Positions 1-7,956 of a stretch of DNA of 14,903 bases are shown here, piece by piece (position 1 is the first letter of the stretch; each line of letters begins with the position of its first letter). The position numbers were made by a program, and so were the translations under genes. This stretch comes from Bdellovibrionota bacterium (GTDB taxonomy: Bacteria > Bdellovibrionota_C > UBA2361 > JBIKWN01). The notes under the pieces were generated by a model. That model was not told the origin of the DNA and searched no databases. It saw only the letters and a program-made list of their open reading frames with translations. The stretch is from the NCBI GenBank assembly GCA_044356295.1, contig JBIKWN010000062.1, forward strand, positions 1-14,903, given 5' to 3'.

Positions 1-1
1 G

Positions 2-763
2 CCAAGGATCGTACTTGTCGAAAAAGAACCAACGATTGAAACTGTTACAGTTCTTGTTCCTAAAAGAGATATTCGCTTAGGAGAAAAACTATCTCCAGAA
101 GATTTCACGCTTACAGTAAAGCCAAAGCTTCTTGTACCTCAAAACTTTCTTTCTCGATTTGAGCAGTTAAACAATACTCAAAGCCGCTCGTTTTTGATTA
201 AAGGAAGTCCTGTAACAGCACAAATGCTCAATAATCCTAAAAATTTAAACCCAGTTATCTCAAGTATTGAAAACGGGTATCGAGCCGTATCGATTTTAGT
301 AAACGCAACGAGTGCTGTTGAAGGTTGGGCTTCTGCTGGTGCTTTCGTTGATGTTCATTGGGTTACAAACTCTTTCGGCGATTATACAGTTAATTTACTC
401 GCTCAAAATGCAAAGATTATCTCTGCAGAGCGACAAGTTGAACCAAACGCAAAAAATGGATCGAAATCTTCTGCTGCTCCTAACACCGCTGTAATTCCAA
501 CTACAATTACTCTCCTTGTAACAGACCGTGATGCTCAAAAAATTAGTCTCGCTTCAACTGGTGGTGAACTAAAACTTCATCTCAGAGGAATGGAAGATGC
601 AAATAAAGCTGCTGATTCTACGGTGCTTACAATGAACGACCTATTAGGTGGAAGTAATCCTAGCAATCTTCCACGTGGAGTTATCCGTGTGCGTGATGAC
701 AAAGGTGTACTGAAAGAATTCTCGCTCAAAGGCGGTGAAATAGTATCTCGAAAAATAGCGTGA
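2..763 (+). CDS. cpaB: Flp/Tad pilus assembly protein CpaB (RcpC), 5'-truncated by window edge
   Basis: The frame of the 194..763 ORF is open from base 2 (PRIVLVEKEPTIETVTVLVPKRDIRLGEKLSPEDF..., SAF-like). It continues with CpaB motifs GYRAVSILVNATSAVEGWASAGAFVDV and TITLLVT..DAQKISLA...GELKLHLR. Confidence 0.85.
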   Translation, partial: PRIVLVEKEPTIETVTVLVPKRDIRLGEKLSPEDFTLTVKPKLLVPQNFLSRFEQLNNTQSRSFLIKGSPVTAQMLNNPKNLNPVISSIENGYRAVSILVNATSAVEGWASAGAFVDVHWVTNSFGDYTVNLLAQNAKIISAERQVEPNAKNGSKSSAAPNTAVIPTTITLLVTDRDAQKISLASTGGELKLHLRGMEDANKAADSTVLTMNDLLGGSNPSNLPRGVIRVRDDKGVLKEFSLKGGEIVSRKIA

Positions 764-843
764 ATATCCTCATGCTTAGACTGCCAATAGAGAGGCAATT
801 TATTCCTATTTAGGTACGCCTAAGATGAGTCGAAGAGGTCAGT

Positions 844-1263
844 ATGAAAAGCATATTGATAATTGACGACTGCCAAGAATACCGTGAAACAACTGCAAAT
901 ATACTTCTTGATGCGGGCTACGATGTTTGGGAAGCAACATGTCCTAAGGAAGCATTTGAAATACTCCACCGTGAATCATTTAATCTGATTGTTTGTGATC
1001 TACACATGCCGTTTGCAACAGATGAAAGTAAAAATGATTTTGTTGAAAGCTATGAAGTAGGAGTAAGAACAGTGCGAGAACTAAGAGACGTATTCCCTGA
1101 TATTCCAGTAATTGCATTAAGCAACACTTCGCAAGCAGACTTAAAACGCATTGCAAAATTCATGGAATCAGTTCCTACGTATTCGAAACCGATCTACACC
1201 CAAGAATATCTAGACCTCGTGGGGATGCATATTGAAAACCCAAGTGCTACTCTGCTTCAATAG
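844..1263 (+). CDS. Single-domain response regulator (CheY-like receiver)
   Basis: ILIIDD acidic pocket, phosphoacceptor in IVCDLHMP, conserved Ser (ALS) and KP; no output domain. GAGG lies just upstream of the ATG. Confidence 0.9.
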   Translation: MKSILIIDDCQEYRETTANILLDAGYDVWEATCPKEAFEILHRESFNLIVCDLHMPFATDESKNDFVESYEVGVRTVRELRDVFPDIPVIALSNTSQADLKRIAKFMESVPTYSKPIYTQEYLDLVGMHIENPSATLLQ

Positions 1264-1390
1264 TAATGTCATTAAGTTAAGAACTTAAGTACCGTGACCT
1301 TGAGCCTGAGCTTGACCCAAATAGTTTCAGCTCAAGCTCAGGCCTACGCTCAAGGTCACGGAGTAGAAATACCTTAACTGAGTGACATTG
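1264..1390. mobile_element. Non-autonomous IS4-like MITE (127 bp)
   Basis: 18-bp terminal inverted repeats TAATGTCATTAAGTTAAG (1264-1281) and CTTAACTGAGTGACATTG (1373-1390), 15/18 complementary. Flanked by GCTTCAATAG (1254-1263) and GCTTCAGTAG (1391-1400), a 9/10 direct repeat. No ORF. Confidence 0.8.
1292..1361. repeat. Hexamer-periodic REP-like hairpin, copy 1 (inside MITE)
   Basis: CCGTGACCTTGAGC (1292-1305) pairs perfectly with 1348-1361, and GCCTGAGCTTGA (1304-1315) with 1332-1343. The right arm reads GCTCAA GCTCAG GCCTAC GCTCAA GGTCAC GG. Confidence 0.85.
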
Positions 1391-1435
1391 GCTTCAGTAG
1401 TTCCACTCTAACCAGAGAAGCGCCATAATAATGCC

Positions 1436-2599
1436 GTGGCTTACTACGACATTATTATAATTGGAGCTGGTTTCTCAGGTTGCTCCGCTGCATACACGCT
1501 CAGCAGAACTGGAAAATCGATTGCAATCATTGATGCAGGTGACGTTGCCTCTGGTGCATCAGGTAACGAGATGGCCCATGTGGTTCCTTATATTACTTCC
1601 CCAAATTTTGTTGGGCATGAACTCTACAATAAAGGATTTCAATACACTGGAGTTCTTCTTGAAGCACTCCATCGTAAAGGGCAACTCCCCTCTTTTCGTA
1701 TTGAGGAATCAGTGCAATTCGCTATTAATGACAGACCAAAACGGATGATTGAACGACTGCGGTCAGGAGATCTGAATTGTGAAGAAGTCTCACTTCATAA
1801 GGCTAACGGTGGACATCCTTGGATTGATATCCTCAGTGATAGCTGCCAAGCGCTCTATCCAAAAACTTTCGTACTTGATCCACGTGAATTCTGTAAAGCA
1901 TTACTAAACGAGTCCACCATAGATTTTATTCCTTACACTAAAATTGAAAAATTCAACGAAAATCCAAAAGATAATTTAATTACTCTATCCACTAACGATG
2001 AAATTTTGCAGTGTAAAACATTAATCCTGGCAAATGCAGCTGATATCAATCAACTTCAAGAATCAATTAAATTGAAAATTGTTCAGGGACAAGTTTGTGT
2101 AGGTCATCCTCGTGGCGACTTAGAGCAAATCACCCTGCCACTTTGCTTTAACGGATATTACCTCCCATCAAAAAATAAAAATCAGCTATCTCTACTCGGA
2201 GCTACCTATGAACACAGAAACTTTCAAACTGAACCAACAGAAGAGAACAATAATAAAATAATTCATAATCTTTCATTACTTTTTAGAAATAACATTCCCG
2301 ATGGAAAAGTGCTGTTTGATCCAATACGCTCAAGAATCTCAAACCGCGCAGTTACAAAAGATCACCTGCCTCTTTGCGGAAAAATATCTGAAAACATTTA
2401 TATTCTTGCAGGTCACGGTTCTCGTGGGCTGCATACTGCACCAATTGGCGCAGAGCTTCTTTACTTTTTGATCTCGGGCAAAATCATCGACCAAGATCTC
2501 CAACTTTCAGAGGACTTGTTGTTACGATTTGCTTCACTGCTATCTCCTAGCCGGGCTACGGCTGCCATAGATATATTAAGCACCAGAAGTTCTAACTAA
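1436..2599 (+). CDS. FAD-dependent oxidoreductase, MnmC C-terminal (cmnm5s2U oxidase)-like, without methyltransferase domain
   Basis: GAGFSG Rossmann motif, ASGASGN, GATYE, R.VTKDHLPLCG and GHGSRGL..AP are typical of the MnmC oxidase / DAO family. GTG start. Confidence 0.75.
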   Translation: MAYYDIIIIGAGFSGCSAAYTLSRTGKSIAIIDAGDVASGASGNEMAHVVPYITSPNFVGHELYNKGFQYTGVLLEALHRKGQLPSFRIEESVQFAINDRPKRMIERLRSGDLNCEEVSLHKANGGHPWIDILSDSCQALYPKTFVLDPREFCKALLNESTIDFIPYTKIEKFNENPKDNLITLSTNDEILQCKTLILANAADINQLQESIKLKIVQGQVCVGHPRGDLEQITLPLCFNGYYLPSKNKNQLSLLGATYEHRNFQTEPTEENNNKIIHNLSLLFRNNIPDGKVLFDPIRSRISNRAVTKDHLPLCGKISENIYILAGHGSRGLHTAPIGAELLYFLISGKIIDQDLQLSEDLLLRFASLLSPSRATAAIDILSTRSSN

Positions 2600-3476
2600 T
2601 TTCGTTTAAAATTTGTCTCACTTGGTCAGATTGATTCAAAGTGTAAAGATGAATTCCTGGAGCTCCTCCCGACAAAAGCTCTCGACACATCTGAATTGCA
2701 TATTCAGTTCCAAACTCAACAACAGCCTGAGGTTTATCTTTAATTTTTTCTAGTTTTTTATGGAGCGAAACTGGAATTGTTGCACCGCACATATCAGTGA
2801 ATTTTTTTAATTGATTATAATCACGAATCGGCATCACGCCTGGGACTATCGGCACGACGATTCCGACCTTTCTGCATTCTTGCACAAAGCTAAAATAGAC
2901 TTCTGGATTAAAAAAAAGCTGCGTTAAAATTACCTGCGCGCCTTTATCAACTTTTTCTTTTAAATATTTAAAATCATCATTCCGACTTATCGTATCTCGA
3001 TGCCCTTCTGGATACCCTGCAGCACAGATAGAAAATTTAAATTCAGTATTGATAAACTCAATCAGATCTCTTGCACAAGAAAATCCATCAGGATGAGTGA
3101 TGAAATTAGCTTGTGCGCCACCTGCAGGATCTCCTCTTAAAGCCAACACATCTTGAATTCCTTCATGTTCAAGAGCCTTAAGAATCGTACGAAGGTCCTC
3201 TCGACTATGATCAACACAGGTAAGATGACACAGAGCCCTAGCCTTCAATTTTTGATGTATAAACGCAGCTAACTCCTGAGTGAAGGATCTCGTTGACCCC
3301 CCGGCACCGTACGTCACAGTCATGTAAGCAACATCAAATTCTGCCAAATCTGCAATCAGATCCTTAGTTTTTGATAGATTTTCAGCTTTTTTCGGGGGGA
3401 AAAATTCAAGTGAGATAACAGGCGTACTGGTCTCTGCTGAATCTTTGTATAATTGGGTTAGGGTTACTCTAGACAT
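2592..3476 (-). CDS. metF: 5,10-methylenetetrahydrofolate reductase
   Basis: SLEFFPPK, VTYGAGGS, HLTC, LALRGDP, AAGYPEGH, KVDKGA..ILTQLFF, GIHLYTLN. ATG at 3476 (alternative TTG at 3479). Overlaps the converging oxidoreductase by 8 bp. Confidence 0.97.
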   Translation of the reverse strand: MSRVTLTQLYKDSAETSTPVISLEFFPPKKAENLSKTKDLIADLAEFDVAYMTVTYGAGGSTRSFTQELAAFIHQKLKARALCHLTCVDHSREDLRTILKALEHEGIQDVLALRGDPAGGAQANFITHPDGFSCARDLIEFINTEFKFSICAAGYPEGHRDTISRNDDFKYLKEKVDKGAQVILTQLFFNPEVYFSFVQECRKVGIVVPIVPGVMPIRDYNQLKKFTDMCGATIPVSLHKKLEKIKDKPQAVVEFGTEYAIQMCRELLSGGAPGIHLYTLNQSDQVRQILNEIS

Positions 3477-3583
3477 CAAAGACGAAATATAGCGTTTTTA
3501 AGCGGTTATGGGCACTGTGAAAATCATCACATATTTAGATACAGATCCGAAAGAAATCATCTAATCTGTACGATGATTCTTAC

Positions 3584-3757
3584 ATGTCTGAAGAACAACA
3601 AGAGCCCCAAAAGAAAAAAAGAAGTCTTACTGAATTAACCCTCGGGTGGATAGCTGACAGACTTCGAAAATCTGACGAACTAAAGCAATCGATTGAATCA
3701 GGAAATTATTCAGTTGATTCGAAGAAAATTGCCCAAAGTATCGTCAGTAAGGAATAA
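3584..3757 (+). CDS. Small FlgM-like (anti-sigma-28 C-terminal domain) protein, 57 aa; absent from ORF track
   Basis: Manual translation: MSEEQQEPQKKKRSLTELTLGWIADRLRKSDELKQSIESGNYSVDSKKIAQSIVSKE*. The C-terminus matches the FlgM pattern LK..I..G.Y.VD...IA..I. Its stop overlaps the next ATG (TAATG). Confidence 0.75.
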   Translation: MSEEQQEPQKKKRSLTELTLGWIADRLRKSDELKQSIESGNYSVDSKKIAQSIVSKE

Positions 3758-4116
3758 TGAAATGGATAAAATTGCCCTCATCACCTTTTTTGTATCGATG
3801 CACTGTGCTCTTTGGACTCACATTAGCTGGATGCGTGAACAACAGAGATTGGTATTCCAACGACTTCGATCCTAGACCGCCACAGTGGGGATACCAAGAT
3901 AACTCTTACTGGAATAGACAACCTACGTATCAGGAGTCAATTAGAAACGATGCAATAGATGCAGCTAACGATATCTCTCATAGAAGACCCGACAATCACC
4001 ATAATTCTCATTGGAACGGTAACAGCTCTTTATCACACTCAGATAGCTCCTGGCTTTCTGGGACCCATAATGATAGACCAAGAAATCAAGATAGTAATAG
4101 TTGGCGGGGTAGATAA
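3757..4116 (+). CDS. Putative lipoprotein, low-complexity N/D/S/W/H-rich
   Basis: Basic N-terminus, hydrophobic stretch and lipobox LAGC (Cys26). The mature part looks disordered. Confidence 0.6.
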   Translation: MKWIKLPSSPFLYRCTVLFGLTLAGCVNNRDWYSNDFDPRPPQWGYQDNSYWNRQPTYQESIRNDAIDAANDISHRRPDNHHNSHWNGNSSLSHSDSSWLSGTHNDRPRNQDSNSWRGR

Positions 4117-4132
4117 TCGAGGCAAATAAGGC

Positions 4133-4212
4133 AAAAGTGGGGCGCCGGAAGATCCTTCTCCAACAGACCCCACCTAAAACAAGAGGGAAACCAAATAAAA
4201 CCTAATCGAACA
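4133..4212 (-). ncRNA. Candidate ~80-nt small RNA ending in an intrinsic terminator
   Basis: Minus-strand hairpin GUGGGG...CCCCAC-UUUU (4133-4173) with G-U pairs that form only on this strand. A promoter-like TTTACA-17-AACACT lies upstream (4247-4219). No minus-strand ORF to terminate. Confidence 0.35.
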
Positions 4213-4290
4213 AGACACAGTGTTAGGGAGGCGGCTGGTTCTGTAAAGATAGAAAATCACTAGAATTTTTACTTTTTTGTAATTTTTGGT

Positions 4291-4320
4291 TTGACAAAAC
4301 TAGCCTTAGTCCCGGACACT
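4291..4320 (+). promoter_or_regulatory. Sigma70-type promoter for hemolysin-family gene
   Basis: Perfect TTGACA (4291-4296), 18-nt spacer, GACACT (4315-4320), T-rich UP-like tract upstream. Confidence 0.5.
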
Positions 4321-4379
4321 AAAGAGGAAGTGAAACGCAGCGAAGAGCCTCCCCCCCAATTTTCCCTACTACCTAACTG

Positions 4380-5873
4380 ATGGACGCACTGATTGATACC
4401 CTCAATGTGTTGGTGCCTGTGCTGTTTTTAGTTCTGCTAAACGGCTATTTTGTTGCATGCGAGTTTGCTCTTGTACGAAGTTTAGGCTCTAAACTTCGTG
4501 GTACTGAACTAAAAGATAAGTTTGGCACCCGCCCTGCTTTAAAGCTTTTAGATACACTGGATGAAAGTATCTCAACGACACAGCTAGGGATTACCGTCGC
4601 AAGTCTGGTGCTTGGATGGTTCGGAGAAAAAAACCTGCACCGCCTTTTTTCAGAGTCCCTACATTTCTGGGGGGTGTCAATGAGCGAGACTACCTCTCAT
4701 GCTTTCTCAACTATTGCAGCACTCACATTAGTAACTTTTATGCATGTAGTACTCGGTGAACTAGTCGCTAAAAGTATTGCACTACGTTACCCCGAAACAA
4801 CACTTCGAATCATTGCGCCAACGATGATCGGATTTCAAAAATTATTCACTCCTTTTGTTTATTTAATGAATGGAAGTGCAAATATGTTCCTCGGACTGTT
4901 CGGCATTAAAGCCGAACTTGAAGGAGAGCGTGTTCATAGTACCGGTGAACTTGCCATGCTTATTGCAAAAAGTGGTGAAAAAGGGGTTCTTGATAAAGAT
5001 GAAGAAGAGATGCTTCAAGGTATTTTCCATTTCTCTGAAACAATTGCTCGTGAAGTTATGACGCCGCGAACTGATCTTGTAACGATTCCAGTCCGTTCAA
5101 CTTTTCAAGAAACAATTCAAATTATTAGTAGTTCAGGTTTTTCAAGGTTCCCCGTTATCGATGGAAGCATTGATAAAGTTATCGGTGTAGTTTTGTCCCG
5201 AGATCTTTTGCCAGCCGTTGAGCGTTATGTAGGACCAAGCGCAAAAAAATTCAGTATTAAAGACATAATGCGTGAGCCTTATTTTATTCCGGGAACAAAA
5301 TCTATTAATGAACTTCTAAAGGAGTTTAAACAACGCAAACTTCATATGGCGATTGTTCTTGATGAGCATGGCGGTATTGATGGTGCTGTGACATTAGAGG
5401 ATCTGATTGAAGAGATCGTTGGTGATATTTTCGATGAATCTGATGCTGTTGAGAATGATATCTTCGTTGACGAAGGAAGTGGCGATATCATCGTAGATGG
5501 CGGAGTTTCGGTTGATGACATTAATGAGCAGTTTCAGCTCTCTATCCCTGATGGAGAATACGATACAATAGCTGGATTTGTTATGTCATCCCTTGGAAGA
5601 GTTCCCAAACAGGGAGAGCATATCGCTATAAGTAATACAGGTCTTCCAATCCTTGATAACTCTGATATCGAAGTCTCTAATGATCAAGCAGGTTCTATTA
5701 CTGCAAATGGCGATACGATTACTTCGGCTGGAACATATTCTGTTTTTGATGAGGGGAATTTCAATTTACTTCAACCAGCAGCAATTTTTACTGTTGAGTC
5801 AGTCACTGGAAACAGAATTGATTCAATAAGAATACAACAAACTCCTACTGCTCAAGACGAGCCATCTGAGTAA
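4380..5873 (+). CDS. Hemolysin-family / CNNM (DUF21)-CBS pair-CorC_HlyC Mg2+/Co2+ transport protein
   Basis: LNGYFVACEFALVR, TQLGIT..SLVLGW.GE, HVVLGEL..KSIAL, REVMTPR, GFSRFPV, HMAIVLDEHGG..G.VTLEDLIEEIVGDI.DE, YDTIAGFV...LGRVP..GE. Confidence 0.95.
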   Translation: MDALIDTLNVLVPVLFLVLLNGYFVACEFALVRSLGSKLRGTELKDKFGTRPALKLLDTLDESISTTQLGITVASLVLGWFGEKNLHRLFSESLHFWGVSMSETTSHAFSTIAALTLVTFMHVVLGELVAKSIALRYPETTLRIIAPTMIGFQKLFTPFVYLMNGSANMFLGLFGIKAELEGERVHSTGELAMLIAKSGEKGVLDKDEEEMLQGIFHFSETIAREVMTPRTDLVTIPVRSTFQETIQIISSSGFSRFPVIDGSIDKVIGVVLSRDLLPAVERYVGPSAKKFSIKDIMREPYFIPGTKSINELLKEFKQRKLHMAIVLDEHGGIDGAVTLEDLIEEIVGDIFDESDAVENDIFVDEGSGDIIVDGGVSVDDINEQFQLSIPDGEYDTIAGFVMSSLGRVPKQGEHIAISNTGLPILDNSDIEVSNDQAGSITANGDTITSAGTYSVFDEGNFNLLQPAAIFTVESVTGNRIDSIRIQQTPTAQDEPSE

Positions 5874-6378
5874 CACTATCATTGTAGTCCTCAGAAGAAT
5901 TCTCTTCAAAAATAAGGTTATTGAGAGAATAGAGAATACTATTCACCGTCATTCCAAAGATATCTTTGCTGTCCCCAGACTTCACAACAACACTTAAGAC
6001 CCGCTCCTCTTTAATTAACCTCAATAAATCGTACCAAGAGATAGAAGCCTCAACTGGAATAAACGATCGTGTGACCAACGAAGATATCGGTAGTGTCAAT
6101 GCTTCTTCCCTTTCCTCTCGTGCGATCCGTTCAACAGGTTCTCTGCGGAGGACTCCTACTACCGCTCCATTCTCAGAATACACTACTGCATCATTATGAT
6201 GAGAATTCATATCAGCAAATATAGCGAACGCTTCTCTCACAGAGATTGTCTCGCGAAAAATAATTGATTCGAAACTAATGCCATCAATTATAGAAGATGA
6301 TGCAATACTTGCATTTAAAAAATCAGGGGATTGAAAAATACTCAATAAACGTGTTCGGGCAGAATAGAGCTGTACCAT
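5845..6378 (-). CDS. Stand-alone CBS-pair protein (divergent)
   Basis: ETISVREAF...AVVYSENGAVVGVL and LPISSLVTRSFIPVEASISW..L..LI...VLSVVV are CBS-like. ATG at 6378 is preferred over the upstream GTG at 6426. 29-bp tail-to-tail overlap with the hemolysin gene. Confidence 0.6.
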   Translation of the reverse strand: MVQLYSARTRLLSIFQSPDFLNASIASSSIIDGISFESIIFRETISVREAFAIFADMNSHHNDAVVYSENGAVVGVLRREPVERIAREEREEALTLPISSLVTRSFIPVEASISWYDLLRLIKEERVLSVVVKSGDSKDIFGMTVNSILYSLNNLIFEENSSEDYNDSVTQMARLEQ

Positions 6379-6603
6379 AAAAAATACTTCACTCAAGTGA
6401 TAGAGGTTTCTTCCGGGAAGTATCACACAGAATAGAATGATCTGGTTGTTTTATTTTTCAGAGGCAAATATTACCGAAAAAAAGAACCGTTTTTAAAGAA
6501 AAAAATCAATGATTTCAACTAAATAGACCTACTCTATTGAAATTATTGCGGCTATTTTCAATTTTTAGCATCAAAAACTACTAAGAAGTAAAAAAATGTT
6601 TAT

Positions 6604-7443
6604 ATGGTAACTACCATGAAAATATCAAAAGACAGAAATAACTCATCGTTGATAACTATAGTGCTTAAAGATGGCGCTTCATTCAAAGAAGCAGCCAGCA
6701 ATTCATTAAGCCAAGGTGCGAATCGTATTGAACTTGTCGGCGGTGCCCACATCAGAGAAAGCCTGATGGAACATGTGCTTGCTGAAATTGCGATACAAGG
6801 AAGCCTTCCGTTAGCAATGAGATTTATCACCTCACTTCCAGAAATAGATCAAAGTGATGAAACTCTTATCGCCGAAGCATTCGCACTGCTTGCAAGAAAT
6901 TTCGCAGATAATACATTACTTATTGAAGAATCAAATCTATCATTCGAAGCAGATAACGCAGCACGCGCTGAAGCATTAAAAGCTTTTATTGCGATACTTC
7001 CTATTGAAGAATTGTTCCCTCATCATGCATGGGCAACATTTCAATCGGAATCACTTGCAGCTTGCTACCACGTTCTTGCGGCATATTTTATTAAACTACA
7101 AGATTTTGCTTCTGCTGAAGATTGCCTTAAGCAAAGTGAGCCACTTGAAACATCGCCTCGTGCTCTTGCACTTCGTGCGATTATTTCAAGAAGCCACGGT
7201 GAAACACTTGGAGCTGTTGCTCATATGGTTTCATCGCTTCAACATTATGAACAAAGAAAAGAGCCTTCTTCTGAACATTACGTAACGTTCCAACCGAAAG
7301 ATATTGAAGTTGTAAATGTAAATCTTAAAGACGGCCTTGAAGCGCTCAATAGAAAAGATAATGAAGCTGCGTTCAATAAGTTCTCTGAAGCAGTATTTAA
7401 TTTTGATGAGTTCTTTGAGTCGCTTAATCTAGCTTCTCAATAA
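6604..7443 (+). CDS. Hypothetical protein with TPR-like helical C-terminal half
   Basis: 279-aa ORF with Ala/Leu-rich helical repeats (AACYHVLAAYFIKLQDFASAEDCLKQS; LKDGLEALNRKDNEAAFNKFSEAV). Start may be 6616. Confidence 0.6.
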   Translation: MVTTMKISKDRNNSSLITIVLKDGASFKEAASNSLSQGANRIELVGGAHIRESLMEHVLAEIAIQGSLPLAMRFITSLPEIDQSDETLIAEAFALLARNFADNTLLIEESNLSFEADNAARAEALKAFIAILPIEELFPHHAWATFQSESLAACYHVLAAYFIKLQDFASAEDCLKQSEPLETSPRALALRAIISRSHGETLGAVAHMVSSLQHYEQRKEPSSEHYVTFQPKDIEVVNVNLKDGLEALNRKDNEAAFNKFSEAVFNFDEFFESLNLASQ

Positions 7444-7449
7444 GAACCG

Positions 7450-7944
7450 TTAAAGAAAGATTTTTTTCTTTATACAAGCCATTTCGATTGCTGCAAGCAT
7501 TGCTTCCCGTCCTTTGTTAGCTTCGCCTGCAAGCCCTCTTTCTTCTGCTTGTTCAGTGTTATGAGCCATGACAACACCAAATCCGATCGGTAACCGATAG
7601 GTTAAAGCTAATTGAGAAATCTTGTCAGTCACATCAGTGCAGAGCTTATCAAAGTGAGGCGTTGCTCCTTCAATGATAACACCAACAGTGACAATAAAAT
7701 CATACTGAGCGTTGTTTTGTAGCCCTTTATCGAGGCTCCACTGACATGCCAGAGGGATTTCAAATGCCCCAGGCACCCGTATGATTTCTAAATTTAAATC
7801 CTCTCCACCTAGTGTTAAAAAGGTAAGTCTGGCTTCATTAACTAACGTGTCAGTCAGATATTCATTCCAACGAGAACCAATGATTACTCCACGAAGCCCT
7901 TTTGCAGAAAGATCTGAGGGCGCCGCCCCCTGTGCGTGTTTCAT
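7450..7944 (-). CDS. ribH: 6,7-dimethyl-8-ribityllumazine synthase
   Basis: SRWN, VPGAFEIP, G.TPHFD, PIGFGV, QA.ER and NKG.EA..AAIEM motifs; operon context; AGGA upstream of start. Confidence 0.95.
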   Translation of the reverse strand: MKHAQGAAPSDLSAKGLRGVIIGSRWNEYLTDTLVNEARLTFLTLGGEDLNLEIIRVPGAFEIPLACQWSLDKGLQNNAQYDFIVTVGVIIEGATPHFDKLCTDVTDKISQLALTYRLPIGFGVVMAHNTEQAEERGLAGEANKGREAMLAAIEMACIKKKIFL

Positions 7945-7956
7945 AAAGAAATTCCT

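Noticed and set aside
810..3553. Sigma28-like promoters before the response regulator (TTAG-N15-GTCGAAGA, 810-836) and the FlgM-like ORF (TCAC-N15-TCCGAAAG, 3527-3553)
   Set aside because: Spacing fits, but matches to TAAA-N15-GCCGATAA are too degenerate to support without a genome-wide motif model.
3480..3583. SAM/SAH riboswitch upstream of metF
   Set aside because: Only ~100 bp shared with a divergent gene, no conserved aptamer motifs, and a -10-like box directly abuts the start.
6379..6603. AT-rich divergent intergenic region as ncRNA or origin-like element
   Set aside because: No stable hairpin, iterons or clear DnaA boxes seen; consistent with ordinary divergent promoters.
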